Shown: positions 27,575-44,450 of the stretch, one piece after another
How positions within the stretch are numbered: position 1 is the stretch's first letter
How the letters are laid out: every line of letters starts with the position of its first letter
Assembly (NCBI RefSeq): GCF_006345805.1
Contig: NC_042997.1
Location: forward strand, 150,412,001 to 150,476,000
DNA from: Octopus sinensis
Taxonomy: Eukaryota
Reading direction: 5' to 3'
DNA length: 64,000 bases
Translations under genes and position numbers: made by a program
The notes under the pieces: generated by a model
Seen by the model: only the letters and a program-made list of their open reading frames with translations
Told to the model about the DNA's origin: nothing
Databases searched by the model: none

Positions 27575-27649
27575 TTACATGACGAAATCTACTTGGTGAA
27601 ATTAATGATTATTCCAAAATTAATTAATTTCACCCTATATTATTATTGA

Positions 27650-27724
<75 letters not shown>

Positions 27725-28190
27725 TACATATATACATACATATGTATATATTATATATTATATGTGTGTGTGTGTGTGTACATATGTATGCTTGTATGTA
27801 TTTACCTGAATTTACGTTACTTCGCATGAATGGAGAATAGATGAACAAAGACAAACTCCTGCAAAAATCATAGATTTTCTTGCATATGAACACATGTAGG
27901 CATCTTATATATACATACATACATTATGTGTGTGTATATATATTAGTCGTATATAGACACACACACATATATATATATATATATTTATATACATATGTAT
28001 ATATATATAATGCAATATGCAAACATATCCGGTTAAGTAAGTGAAAGTAAAAAGGAATGATAAAAATTTTGTTTTGATGATACACATTTATCGATCATTT
28101 AATGTCTGACATCGAATGATAATATATAATATATCTGTACACCCTACCATCAACAAACTTACCGTTATTGTCACCGGTATATGCATACTC

Positions 28191-28257
<67 letters not shown>

Positions 28258-28466
28258 ATGTATGTATGTATGTATGTATGTATATATATATATATATATA
28301 AGTGCTGGTACGTGTGTGCGTATGCAATGTTTATGTATCACTAATATTCTGACGATACTCTTGTTTTGACCTCTATCATTCTAGTTTGCTTCACCAAACT
28401 GATAATATATAAATGTATATATCTATGTATCTACGTGACTATCTATCTACGTATCTATAAATATAC

Positions 28467-28508
<42 letters not shown>

Positions 28509-28538
28509 CATATATAATATATATATATATATATAGAT

Positions 28539-28577
<39 letters not shown>

Positions 28578-28698
28578 TATAGATATATATAGATATAATA
28601 TAGACACACATAAAACACCACACACACACATAATATATATATAAATAATTAACGAAACCTTAAGGAAGTAATTTCCTTATGTTTATATATATGAATAT

Positions 28699-28808
<110 letters not shown>

Positions 28809-29994
28809 AGGAAATTAGTTCTGTTAAGGTTTTCAGTTTAAAGATTTACTCTAAATAAATCTTAACATTCTATACTGAATTTTGAACTATTTTCACTTTT
28901 TATTCATTTTACTTACGTCGTTGATAATTATCCAATTTATTTCTTTTCAATTTTAATTTTTTCTGTTGCTGAATTGAAAACCGTTTTATCTCAGCATTGC
29001 AAAACTATTAATATATCTGCTTTATACCAATACGAGAAATTGTATGTACTTTTTCAACAACAATTTTCGTGTGCAACAGCCAGCTGAGAATCACATTGAA
29101 GTTTGTTTTCTGTATGTTAACATATTTCCCATTGATAAGGAAATTGAAAAGAATTATGATATGGATATGAAGCGTTAGGGAAGAAAATTGTGAATAGATG
29201 TAACGTTCTGGGCTCAGGTGTCGTTATTTCATCTGTAGAAAATGCAGTGTGTGGCGATAGCACACCTTTGTATGAGAGTATTTAACATGTGTTAATGATC
29301 TTATAAGAATCTTGTCTGTGGTCTTCCTTTGACATTTTAGTGTGCAGTCGCATCATCTTTCTAGATCTGAGACGAAATTTCCATTGTAAATCATACTTGC
29401 TCTCTTCAGTGTGTCGATAACTGTTTAAGACAAAATTGTTTTCTGGTTCTAATGAGAGAGTCTATTATTTGAGATGCGATTGTAGCTTGTTAAGGAATTG
29501 CTTTCATCAACAGTTGAGGTATCTCTGTTGCCAAGATGGATTTTCAATATATTGAAGATTTCCTATTCTTGCAATCGCTGACGGCATAGACAAGCTTGTT
29601 ATATCTCTTTTGAGCGATGCCACCATTGCTTCTGTTCTTGTAATCGATACGCTTTTGTCATGTGTTGTCTTGGGAGTAGATTGTAGGAGAATGCAATGCA
29701 AGGAGTCTGCTAGAGTAGATATAGACTCCTATGTAGGTAATGGGGAATAAAGTTTATTAAAAGCTGCTAGAATCACAGCAGGACATAAAGAAATGAAAAC
29801 ACCAAACGATCTATGTGAGAGATCGTTAAACGTTGCGATGTTAAGTAATCATTGATGAGTGTCATAGAATGTCGTTTTTAACAGCTGAATCCAGCACCTC
29901 AGGGATACTGGGAGTACGATGGGTCTACAGTTAGCAAGGAGAGAGGGAGGTTGGTATTCTAAGGAATAAACTTCCTAAGATCCAAGGAGATCTA

Positions 29995-30157
29995 AAGAAG
30001 ATGAAGATGATGAAGACGAAGGAGATGAAGACGAAGGAGATGAAGACGAAGGAGATGAAGAAGAAGAAGAAGAAGAAGAAGAAGAAGAAGAAGAAGAAGA
30101 AGAAGAAGAAGAAGAAGAAGAAGAAGAAGAAGAAGAAGAAGAAGAAGAAGAAGAAGA
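29995..30157. repeat. (GAA)n microsatellite with 15-bp variant units
   Basis: Direct read. Confidence 0.95.
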
Positions 30158-30602
30158 CACAGAGATAAAGAGATTGAGTCACAAAATGAAATATTTACTA
30201 AGTAACGGTAGTACACCTGGAGTGCAATGTTGGATGGTAATGGACTGAATATTGTCAAAACTGGTACATTCAAGGTTTGAAAAAGTGGATGAATATTACA
30301 CTGTGTGGGCATGTAATTTTGTAGAGTAAAATGGATTTTACGGAAATTTGCGTCTGCACGGTTTGGAATTAGCCATAAAACAATGTAGAAAGCAACATAT
30401 GTTTTCTCTTCAGAGGTAGCCATCTCTTCTGACGGAGCCATTGTTGGGAAGAGACATGCAGATGATCTTACAACCTTTGTGAATATTCTTGTGATTGGGG
30501 ATCTAATGATCGATTTAATTTCGAATGTGACATAGTTTCAGTACTGCACAATGCATGGTCGTCTTCTGTAGGGAGGATAGTGGTCTACCAAGCGAGTAGA
30601 TT

Positions 30603-31003
<401 letters not shown>

Positions 31004-31004
31004 T

Positions 31005-32456
31005 TAGGGTACTAACTACAGAAATGAAAACTAAAATTTAGAAGCTAATGAAGTCAAAGTTAAGTGGTCCGAATTTAGTGAAGGCTGGTCAATATGTTAG
31101 ATATTCAGCAGCATTTGTAGATTGGATAAAAGTTGAATTAGCAAAGCTAGACAGAAGTACTAGGAAGGAATGCAATATGAATAGAGGACTCACCCAAGGG
31201 CAGGGTTAGCAAGATATACCATCCTAGAAAGGAAGGCGGAAGAGGTTTAATATCAGTAGAAGACTGCGATGAGTTTGCTAGAGTTAGCACGCCGGGCGAA
31301 ATGCTTAGCGGTATTTCGTCTGCATTACGTTGAGTTCAAATTCCGCCGAGGTCGACTTTGCCTTTCATCCTTTCCGGGTCGATAAATTAAGTACCAGTTA
31401 CGAACTGGGGTCGATATAATCGACTTAATATCTATGTCTGTCCTTGTTTGTTTCCTCTGTGTTTGGCCCCTTGTGGGTAGTAAAGAAATAGATATAGAAT
31501 CCTATATAGGTAATAGTGAAGACAATTTATTAAAAACTGCTTGAGTCATAGCAGGACATATGGAAATGGAAACGCCAAACGAACTTAAAACCAGAAAAGA
31601 AAAACAGAAATTATCTGACTGGCAGAAGGTGTTGCATGGTAGATTCCCAAAGATACTTGCAACAAATAGTAGTTGTGAGAAACGGTTATGGCTGCAGAAA
31701 AGGAAGCTGAAGGGGGAGACAGAAAATTCGTTTGTAGCTGAATAAGATCAAGCATTAAGGACTAATTGGATAAAAGCCAAGATCGACAAAAACCAAGTAG
31801 GTACTCTATGTAGATTATGCAAATCAAGATGAAAGCGTAACTCATATAGTAAGTGACTGTAGTATGCTGGTACAATAATAATATAAGAAAATATATGACA
31901 ATCTAGGGAGATTAATCCACTGGGAGTTATATAGAAAGCAACGATTTGAACATACTGATAAATGGTATGAACATAAACCTAGGAAGGTACTAGAAAGTAA
32001 GAAATATAAGATGTTGCGGGACTTCAACATTCAGACTGGTAGAGTATTAGAATCTATTACTCTGATTTAAGGTAGTAGATAAAGAGAATAGAAAGTGCCA
32101 GTTAATTGACTTTACAATCCCGAATGATGAAAACATGAATATGAGAAGTATAGAAAAAATAGCAAAGTATATTCATCTAGTTACTGATTTAAATAGATAA
32201 TGGAAAGTACAGGTAGAATGTACTAGAGTAATTATAGGTGCATTGGCAACTATCCCTAAAAATCACAACAGATGGATGGGGGAAAAAAGCATAAAAAACA
32301 GTTTAGTACAGCTGCAAAAAACAGTGTTATCAAGGACAGCTAGGATACTTAGGAGGGTTCTTGGTATCTAAGGTCACTTATTGTAATCCGATGTTAGGAT
32401 CTTTTTTCTTTTCCAACAGTCTAATCTCATGAGTGTATATGAAAATAATAATAATA
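31005..32456 (+). mobile_element. 5'-truncated R4/Dong-type LINE (zinc knuckle plus restriction-like endonuclease), with a SINE inserted at ~31284-31490
   Basis: RKEGGRGLISVED, LCRLCK...VTHIVSDC, LIDFTIPNDENMNMRSIEKIAKY, ...LRRVLGI*, then a 3' UTR and (AAT)n tail. Confidence 0.85.
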
Positions 32457-32868
32457 CTTTCTACTAAAAGCACAGGCCTGAAATTTTGGGGGACAGAAGT
32501 TCGATTACATCGAAGCCAGTGCGTAACTGGTACTTATTTCATCAACCTCGAAAGTATGAAAGGCAAAGTCAACCTCGGTAGAATTTGAACTCAGAAGGTG
32601 CAGACGCACGAAATACTGCCAGGTATTTTGCCCGGCGTACTAACGATTCTGTCAGCTTGTTAGCTGGCAGAAACGTTAGCACACCGGGTGAAATGCTTAG
32701 CCGTATTTCGTCTGTCTTTACGTTCTCAGTTCAAATTCCTCAGAGTTCGACTTTGCCTTTCATAATTTCGGGGTCGATAAATTATATATTAGTTGCATAC
32801 TGGGTCGATTGAATCGACTGGTCACCTTCCCCTAAATTTCAGGCCTTGTGTCTATAATAGAGTCTATT
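32457..32868. mobile_element. Two SINEs of a second family, head-to-head (32457-32658 minus, 32660-32868 plus)
   Basis: Both have the agct..cagaa.cgttag..c.ccggg...aaat head and the gttcaaattc...gactttgcctttcat body. Confidence 0.8.
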
Positions 32869-33409
32869 ATTTACTTTTAATCTTCATGTCTGTTACAATC
32901 ACGTGCAATACTCATCAAGCGTCCTAGGACGACTGAATGATAAGAGATATTATAGCATGACTGAAAGTTTGGACAGAAGATGTGGCAGGGGCAGTAGTGA
33001 AATACATTTATGTAATAAAGCACAGACATTTAGATTGATAGAGTTTTTCTAAGCGTGTGGGCAATACTTGTCAGCACTATCTTTTGTATTTCTCTGAGAC
33101 AAGGTTCGCCTGGGATTTTACTCCATCCCTTTTATTATCGTACCTAGAACACCTACAATAACAAGAGCAGCTCTTGCTTAATGATGCCACATTTTTTGTT
33201 AATTTCCAGGTCCTTATATTTACTAACTTGTTCAAATTCCTTTACAGATACATCTAGTGATTGTGTTTTACAATAAAAGCACTAGTAATTGCGCAACCAG
33301 GTAATCGCTACCTCATATGAGTGACAATGAAAAAATAGAATATTGTGAATAACGGAGGTCTGATTTCAGAGATACTGGTCCGATTCCAGCCTGTTGTTAT
33401 CCATCAAGC

Positions 33410-33630
33410 GACCCCAGCTGCATGGGATGGAGTGCAATCAGGTTTTGGTTATATTCTCATCTATTGGTGGTTTTAACCGAAGGATATATTTGTGAAGTGT
33501 TGTAGTACTCTTGAATACTGTCCTGATGTCATATGGGCCTCCTATCTTTTGTATCTTTTCGGAGAGGCCTTTCGTATAGGGTAGACAGACTGTAGACAAT
33601 TTATTGGTTTCATCCTCTCGTTTCAATTAA
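33410..33630 (-). pseudogene. Penelope-like retroelement fragment (linker between RT and GIY-YIG)
   Basis: VCLPYTKGLSEKIQKIGGPYDIRTVFKSTTTL matches the PLE LPYxxGxSExIxR...IxxxFK pattern. Confidence 0.8.
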
Positions 33631-33699
33631 CAACAAACAAGTTGAGGACAAATATCCATCAAATGCAAATAATGTAAATAATGTACATAATTCCTCATC

Positions 33700-35175
33700 T
33701 TTTAAATATAGAACTGAAACAAAAGAATACTGTGGTCATGGAGTGTTACTACGTAAGCAACCACGTAGACGAAAATGGTATTCATCTTCGGGGATACCGA
33801 CAACGTATGCATGATGAATTGAGAGAAAGAGGATTGTTTCAACTCATCGAACAGAGACTATGTGATCAAGCGAGGAGGAATAAGGAAAAATTGTTGGTTC
33901 ACAGAAGTAGTGCTCGAATATATCAAAAGAAGAGTATTAGAAAACAGCAGCAGAGGAATCAACGAAAATACAGTTCATACTGATAAAAGTGAAATCTCCA
34001 ACAAACAAAAGTGAAATCTCTAATAAACGACAGGAAAGGAACAGTGATAGACTGCTCGATGAGAAACATGTACTTGGTTTGAAAGAAGATATTAAACCTA
34101 ATGGTGACATGGATGATGGTCAATATGCAATCTACCACAGAATAAAGGCAATGCTACAGGAGAACGATAGCGACAAAATCTTTGCATCCTTAAATTAGTT
34201 GATCGATGGAAATTGAACCAAGAAACGAAAAATGTGAATGAAATTCTGAAATATATCGCCACAAAATACATCCAGAAACAAATAATTTGATCAAGGTAAC
34301 AAGTATTGTAGTAGCAGAAAATGTAGGCGTTGATGTCAAGAAAACAAAATATTGAGTGACAAGCGATCTATGGTGGAAAAGAAGAATCCAGGCGTGTTTA
34401 GATAAGCTCTCGAAGGACATTTGTGTGTGAGACCGAAAAGAGAAGTGGTGCTTAAAAGCGAACAGAATACAGAGTACTGAACAGGAAACATAATATTGAA
34501 AGAAAAGACCTGAAAGTGGTAATAGAGGAACTGAAACAGAGACTCCTTCCAAAGAAAGCAAAGCTGATAAGATACAACAAAAGAATAATGGGTTACCAGC
34601 AGAAGAGATTATTCAGAGTAGATCAGAAGAGATAGTACATGAAGAGAGGAAATGGAGGAAGGGAACTGGTAAGTGTGGAAGACTGCGTGCCTATCAAACT
34701 CGAAAGCCTCATGAGATACCTAACCCAAAGTGAGGAAACGTTGCTCGTGTCAGTTAGGAAGGGGGGGGTTATTGAAAGCAGAGAAAAAAGGGAAAACAAA
34801 GGAAGAAGTAAAAAAGAACAAGGAGAAGAATTACGCATAAAGGGACTACACAATAAATTCAATGTAGCCCACAACAGAAGTTTCTGGAAAAAAATAGGTG
34901 GGATTGGCTGATGAAAGGAACACAAGCAAAAAGAGACGAAGGGTACTATAATGGCAGCGCAAGACCAATCTTTGTCCATGAACTGGAGGGTGAACCTTAA
35001 GATTGAGCAAGTGTCTCCGCTGTGTCTCATCTGCAAAGGAGTGAATGAAACTGTTGCCCATATCACGAACGAATGCCTTAGACTTGTCGAAAACGATTAC
35101 AAGTTGTAGCGACACGACCAGGTAGCGAAAGTGCTACATTAAAAACTGTGCGAAATATTTGGAATGGAATACGAG
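33700..35175 (+). pseudogene. R4/Dong-type LINE remnant lacking the RT domain
   Basis: N-terminal VMECYY...GYRQRMH...EQRLCDQAR and RLFRVDQKR are joined directly to post-RT YMKRGNGGREL, IMAAQDQSL and CLICKGVNETVAHITNEC. Confidence 0.75.
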
Positions 35176-36206
35176 GATACTCAATGTTTGGTAACTCGAT
35201 TAAAGATCGCTGTATGATTTTAAAGATATCGAAAACACCACCGCCTCAGAAAGCAAAGTATGTCGAGCTAGAGTTTGCAAGACTGTGGCCAACCCAGATA
35301 AGAACGAAGCATCTAGGTGTCAAATAAGAACTGCAAGTTTCAACGGAAACAAAAAATATTCAATAAAATGTAGAACCAGAAAACCATATCCTATATGTTT
35401 TATCGTTCAGTACAGCTACTCACTAGTGTCGAATCAGATTTCAGTCGCAGATGGAAGCTACTCATTGGTGAATGGCTGTACCTAAATCTGTGTGTATGAA
35501 AATATGTGGGCTTCATGTTCAAATATATTTGAAAAGATGTGTATATTGAAACTTGTTAAGTTCTGTAGCTACACACGTCTATGCGTTTATCTATCAGCTA
35601 CCTATGAAAAATAGATATTAACGTCAAATATTAACATCCATATTTATCTCTAAAGCCAGTATATTAAAAAAAAATAGAAATTCTTACCCAGTTGAAGTTA
35701 AACTTAAGCATTTAACATAAACTTAAGCCTTTAACATAAACTATTTTATTACATCTATCTTTATCATGCTCTCTTTTACAAGTCCAACCTGTTGCACCTA
35801 TATCTACATAATGCTTGAAAGAACCTTTACAATAGCGAAGAAGCAACTATTAAGTTCCATTACTTATATATCCATCCTAGCAGAAGTTTCCTTTACAAGA
35901 TTCAACAAAGCTTCTAAAATAAACCACTGAATGTGACTTATCTATGACCTGTATGCCTATAGAAATGTAGCTTTCAGCCCTTGTATTTACTCGCAACATT
36001 GAATATAACTTAAAAGTAGCTTATAAATAAATGATAATTCCTTTAGCTATCCAAATACTTCCAACTCAGATTAAGATGTTGAAACGAAATAAAGGAGACT
36101 TAGTATACTTCCTTACCTTCTCCTACCGTAGAAGTTAGTTTCCATGCTCCCACCCGCCTTTATGTTTTTCTCCACAGTTTCATTCTACTAATATTTCTCT
36201 CACCCG

Positions 36207-36425
36207 AGGCGCAGAGCTGGCACAATCCTTAGCACGCCGGGCAAAAATGTTTCGCGGCATTTCGACCGTCTTTCAGTTTCGAGTTTAAACACCACCGAGG
36301 TTGACTTTCCATTTCATACTTTCTGCGTACTGGGCTCAATTAAATACCAGCTGAGCACTGGGCTCGATGTAATCGACTAACCCTTACGCCTAAATTGCTG
36401 GCCTTGGGCAAAAGTTGAAAACCAA
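36207..36425 (+). mobile_element. SINE, second family
   Basis: aggcgcagagctggcacaatccttagcacgccggg...caccgaggttgactttcc. Confidence 0.75.
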
Positions 36426-36535
36426 CATTTCTTTCATCCTATACATTATTTTTTTCTCTCTAATTCAACAAAACGCGTGCGCAAGCTCGCAAACGCACAT
36501 ACACGTTTACACACACACACACACACACACACACA

Positions 36536-36574
<39 letters not shown>

Positions 36575-36601
36575 CATACACACACGTACACACATATACA
36601 T

Positions 36602-36637
<36 letters not shown>

Positions 36638-37778
36638 TTATATATATATACACACACACACGCGCATATATATATAAATATATATATGGGAAAAAGAGTC
36701 AAGATAGAAAATGCTAAAATTATTTTATATAAAACATTTCAGTACCGACTTCAGCCATTGAGACCTTTTCAACTGTAACAATTAAATAATTAAATTTAGA
36801 AAAATTAAAAGAAAAGTTATTTTAAAAGAATATTTGTATAATGTTCAAATACAAGTGGTATTTTTCTTGTTTCTGCCTGTCTCTCTCTCTCTTGTTTACT
36901 CTTGTGGGTTTGAGGTCCTTGTGAATTCTTATATATTCATATATATATATATATATATACATATATGTGTGCGTGCCTGTGTGTGTTTGTGTGTGTATAC
37001 ATAAACACAAACACGCACGCGTAGACACGCACACACACATATATATATATATACATAAACATACGAACCTACACACATTTATGTATGTACGTACGTATGT
37101 ATGTATTTACGTATGTATGTATGTACGTAAGTATGTACATGTGTATGTACGTACGTACATATCACAGCGTATTTGGTAGTTTTATTGCATTGGTATATGG
37201 AGAATATTCATTGCCTGATGTAGTCACTTTTTTTTTATCATTTTAAGAAAACTTAGCTTTGTTGATTTGGTTTAAAAGCCTGTATCTTACTCATGGGTTA
37301 GGCAACATGGAGGACGTCTTCTCGAGTGATTTCACAGCTTGATTTCTTGTTAAGACTACTGACTTGACCATTCAGTTGAACAAATTCTTGTGCTTTTCTA
37401 TTTATTCTGTTGTTCGCCACACGCCCGAAACATATCTATAATTACACGGACTACAAATGCTTAATTGAAAATGCAAGAAATATAAGATTACTGTGTTTTC
37501 AAAAGAAAAACAAATTAAAATAAGATATAATAAATTAAATAAATAAATAAATTTGAAGACGAACGTGTTTATCATTCAGATATTCTTGCGAATCGCCTGA
37601 ATCTGTCTGCCGCTTGAGTGATTGAAATGAATAGAAATGTAGGTTTTTCCAAAGAAATTAATGGATAATGACAAATGGATGGCATATGTGTGTGTGTGTG
37701 CGTGCGTGTGTGTTTTTGTGTGTGTATGTTTTTGTGTGTTGTGTGTGTGTGTGTGCGTTCGTGCGAGCGTATATGCAT

Positions 37779-37821
<43 letters not shown>

Positions 37822-37869
37822 CGTATGTATATATATGTACATGCATACATACACACATACACACACAAA

Positions 37870-39080
<1,211 letters not shown>

Positions 39081-41110
39081 TGAGCATAGTGCAGCTGAAA
39101 TGCCGCACACAACTACTCGAGCTCGAGGAACATGCACTTATTTTGGTCCACTAAAACCGAATTGTGGATTTTTTCCATGTTGTGTCTCTGCCAGTCAGGT
39201 CCGTCTAGCGGCTTTCCTTCGCTCGTTTCTAAGAACGTGCATTTTAATTCAGACTATGATTCCTTCGTGCTTAGTGTCGAAGAATTTTTCCAGGGCCAAT
39301 GGCACAGATAACCCGTCGGTGCTGATGCATTTTCTAAACGGGTCTCCTAAGATTCGAAATTTCCTTCCATTCTATTTATATCTATCGCTAATGCCTTACT
39401 AAATGTGATGGTGTATATTATTATGCGTTTTCGTTTGTTGAGATATTTGTAATGTTAGTGGTGTCTGCAATTTTGTTGGTGTACAATGTGTGAGTATGCG
39501 ACTGCCTGTTGGCTTCAGTGTATCCTCTTCTTATCTCTTCATTTTTAGTATTTTATTCCACTTCTTATTTTGTAGTTTTCTTTTCTTTTTCCTTTTACCA
39601 GGATCCATTTTGGTGGTTTCCCAAACTGCCTTCCTCGCTAGACGAGTTTTCGCAGTCGGAGAAATCTGTTACTTGAGAGAGATATGTCTGCACAGTCACT
39701 TATCACTATGTTAGCGGCCTGGTCGACTGATGTCGACTGATGTGTGTGTGTGTGTGTATGGGGTATCTCTCGGTTGAAACGGTGTGGGTGATATTTTTGT
39801 TTCTCTCAGGTATGCCACTAGTGATTGATGTTAGTTTGGTATGAATTTCTCTTGCTGCACCTTCTGTTGATACTTCTGTTCCTTTGGATGTTGCTGCACT
39901 TGGCCTTGGTGTTGTACATCAATGTACAGGACCTTCTCTTATATCTTTAATTCGACATGCGAAGCAGTTAATGCAGACACAGTTTTCTTTTCTTTTTCCG
40001 TTTTCTTCCCTCATTCCTTTCAATCAAAGTGCGTAGATCCGAAACGACAGGCTTTTCGTTTTTCCTGAGCGACAAACTTATACACCTTGTTTATTATTCC
40101 ATCAACCGTCTCTGTCGTCTTTTCATTTTTTGTTATTTGTGCATTTGAAACACACACACACACACACACACACGTATGTACATATTTCTGATTGAGTGAC
40201 AGAAGGAGAGAGAGAGATAAAAAGAGAAAGGAAGAAAGAAAAGAAGGAAGAGTGCAAGAAAGAAACAAGAAGGACGGAAAGAAAGAGACAGACAGACAGA
40301 ATACTATGAGCTCTGGTGATATATTTAAGTGGTGCACGTGTTTAAGTCATTGATGCCTACTTACGTACGTGCCTATTGACCTTAATGTACGTCCATATAC
40401 AATCGTCATCAATAGTTACAATTTTTCAGCTGCTTCTCTTTATTTCCCCAAATCCTTATCATCATCATTATTTAACACCTTTCCTAGATACATTATCTCT
40501 CTGATATTATTTTACTCTAATTCACATTGTAGCCACTATATCCTCTCCAATAGCGACAACTCTGTCAAAGGTAGAAACGTACAATAGCATTCTTACACTA
40601 CAGGTTGTTTTAATAATCTTACGAAAAACATATCTGTCTCCAAATGTCTCCCATGCTGTGATAATAAAATAAGGAATGGATTATGTTACTATGTACAAAA
40701 ATCTGTTACCAAATATTTGTTTGATAATGCAATCTCAAATCTACACGCCCAATATGTGTGTTTATCAATTAAGACGATGTGTACCTGAAATAAACTAATA
40801 TACCTGCATGTCTGTTTACTTTTATATATGTACACTTAAATTCACACTCGCGTGTGCACTCGCATTTGTGCGTATAACAGGCACGCATGCGTACGCAGAG
40901 ATATTAGTGTATGTCTGTATGTATATTTTCGCTTTGGGCTCTCAACTAATAATTAATAAATGTAGAGGTGCTCTCGAGATAAAATCTTCTTAGGCATTTT
41001 AAATCTAGTAGAGTCCATCCCTCTGCAGTTTTAAAATCAGTTGATCTCTTCTAGAATGAGAAAAAGAAAGAGAAAGAATGACAGTGAGGAAATACTATGT
41101 TTGTGTGTGT

Positions 41111-41185
<75 letters not shown>

Positions 41186-41199
41186 TACATATATTATAC

Positions 41200-41259
<60 letters not shown>

Positions 41260-41714
41260 TATATATATGTATGTATATATATATATATATATACATATAT
41301 ATAAATTCCGTCCATGTGTTTGTGTGCATATGTATCTGGGTGTTTCTACCTCCATTTCTATCTATCTCAATGAATATAATGTAACATATATTCATAAACA
41401 GAAACCAAAAAATTCTCGTTCTCACACACACATGCAGAGAAAGAGAGAGAGAAAGAGAGGGAGTAAAACACACATGAATATATGATACATATACATAAGA
41501 TTTATAATGGTATACACAAACAACTTGAGTTTTTATGAAATACATATTGTAGCCTTGCTGTGTTGACTTCAGCACATGTTTAAAACATGTACATATAGAT
41601 TGGGAAGAAACATATAGGAGCTGTTATATTCAGTGTTTATTATCATTATATCAACGCTCTCTATCTCACGTTATGGCAACATATATTACTAAAATTTGCA
41701 TGATATTGCAACAT

Positions 41715-42100
41715 CTCGGCAGAAAAGCTATCATGCCGTGTGAAATACCTAGTGGTATTTCGTCTGCCGTTACGTTCTGAGTTCAAATCCACCGAGGTCG
41801 AATTTGCCTTTCATTCTTTCGGCGTCGATAAATTAAGTACCAGTTACACACTGGGGTTGATATGATCGACTTAATCCGTTTGTCTGTCCTTGTTTGTCCT
41901 CTCTGTATTTAACCCCCTGTGGGTAGTAAAGAAGTAGATAGTTCGTCTGTCTTTACGTTCTGAGTTCAAATCCACCGAGGTCGATTTTGCCTTTCATCAT
42001 TTCGGAGTCAATAAATTGGGTACAATTTGCGTACTTGGGTCGATCTAATCGACTTACCCCTTCCCCCAAAATTTCGGGTCTTGTGCATAGAGTAGAAAAG
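41715..42100 (+). mobile_element. SINE with a tandemly duplicated body
   Basis: ttacgttctgagttcaaatccaccgaggtcga occurs at ~41770 and ~41953. Confidence 0.8.
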
Positions 42101-43849
42101 AACATTGCAACTTCTCTTAACGGGAATAATTGGTTTGTTAAAATTTGCACTATGCATCCTTAGGATATTTAGCTTATGCATAGCATACACAACGATAAGT
42201 TAATTTTCTCTCTGTGGACAGAAAGTGATAATAGTTGCCCTCTCTGACGGATCACTGCTCTTTCTGCATCCTGGGAAAAAATCCTCGATTTTATCGAAGG
42301 CGTCAAATAGGTTCCTGTGATGCGAACATGTGTACTTCCTAAAACACAAGCTGTATGTTTACCTTTCCTTCTTACAAGTGTGTGTATGTGTGTGTCCCCG
42401 CGTGTAGGCATATTTATGCATACATACATGCATGCACATATATAGTTCCGTATATATAAACAGATGAATAAGCGTAAATGGAGTGATGACAATCTTTATT
42501 TCACATCATTACACTTTTTCCACACATCGTCACACACGTAGTACATTTTTGAGATGATATAATTAACATATTATGCAATCACTATCATCTATCAAAGGTG
42601 CAAAATGTGTCTCTCCAGGTGATTTTTTTGAATAAGACCTTCGTTAGATCAGTAATTTAACACTATACTATACATTTATATACATGAATCCAAACGCGCG
42701 CTCTTTTGCGTGTATCATTTTGTATCATTTTTCATCTTTATATAGTAGATTGCAGTTTTCCCTACATTCGCTATATTTCAAGACACTTTAAATATATTTC
42801 AGTGTTTCATGAGAATTTGTAACAACAGCTGCTTCTTTTCCCATTCGCATTGGATCATATTCTAATATTCATTCTCTTTCCTTATTTTTGTATGTTTTAT
42901 CTTTATTCACGTAACCAGTTCTCACCTCTTTATATAGCTCTACGCCAAACTTTGTGATTGATCACTATTTTCTCGCTTTTACTCGCTATCAGTTCACCTG
43001 CATTATTGAGCTGCTGTTTATAACAGATTACCTGAAGCGCTCTGGATAATTTGCACTCTTCAGCTGTCGTTCCTTCTATAGAAATCTTGACCTCATTTCT
43101 AGTGCAGCAGCACTTCTAGCTTAAAAGACTGAACACTTGGAATATTTACGCACTGTAGGTTCGCTTAGTTGGAGACCTGACGTAAATGGCATTTCATCAG
43201 TGTATAGGTTTCAGGATATGACAAAAGACAGGTTACCACTACATATCGTTGGCAGTGTATACTTTGTTTCGCCACTGTGGAAATGCCTAAATATCTAAAA
43301 AAAATATTCTCAACACCCTGTATATTGAGCAGCATCCACATTATCTTTCTTCAGTGTAACGTTTATGTTTCGTTAATGAAAACTATGAAAATGTGACTCG
43401 GGATTCGCTAGCCTTTTTTAATTTGTTTCTATGTTAAGTGAATGTCATTTGTGCTTCTGGACACAAAATCTACATAGTCATTCAGGAACAACATATTCGA
43501 ATCACCAAACGATGAATTTGCAAGAAATTAACTGAAATTATCTTCCAAAATCTCCTTTTTCCTCTGGCTCACGCTTTTGTATGTAAATGTTTATCTCTTC
43601 ATAATTTAATTGTTGTGACAGGCTACCGAATTAACCTTTTAAAAAGAATTCACGTAAGTTTCTTCCAACAATACGAATAGAAAACTATGAGAATACTGTT
43701 ACTGACAAGAAATTGTCCTGCTTTCGTGAAATGGATGGTAGTTTCCAACTCCCTCATATTCAGTGCCCGGTCATGAATTTAAACAGATTTTCTTTCAAAA
43801 CAGTTCTACAACTAGGCTTTTACGAAAAAGTTTTCAACGCTGATTTAGT

Positions 43850-44450
43850 AATTTGCTGAATTTTTTCTACTAGCGCTTCATAATGTCATATTCTTCTTAT
43901 TTTGTGTACCATTACGTTTCTGAAGTCGGTAGACTTCTTTTAGAAGAGCTCAGCAGATCTTGATATTATTATAATGTATCAAGGTCCATCAGTTTTAACA
44001 GTGGTATTTCTTTTTCTAGCATGACATTCGCATCAATAAGTGTGTTGGTAAATACTGTATATTCCACCCACTTTAAACGGATTGTTATTACTTTCAAATA
44101 ATTCTTGAATTTTTATAACATTGTCATGAAATTAGTTGCTGTATTACTGATCGCTGGGGGAAACTAAGGAAGCTGCTACTTTATTTCTCCAAAGCTCATA
44201 TTCATCGCTGATAATGAATACATCTCATCACAGCTTCCTGGGACTGTTTTGGGGGAAGCGTCATGAACCACGACTCCTATTGATCCCTGTCAGAGGAAAC
44301 CGTTCCAAATTGATCCAGCTGGATCCCTAAGCAAAACCTACAAGCTTGAGGGTGTTATCCAACCATCTTTCTTGTGGTTTACCCTAGATCTTCTACTGGT
44401 TAGTTCTGCCCGTAAAACCTGTCTCGTGATTATGGTCACTTAATCGCATT
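43850..44450 (-). pseudogene. Possible RTE-type LINE 3' fragment
   Basis: The minus strand near 44355-44395 reads roughly RGKPQERWLDN (like GRPxxRWxD); otherwise heavily decayed. Confidence 0.4.
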
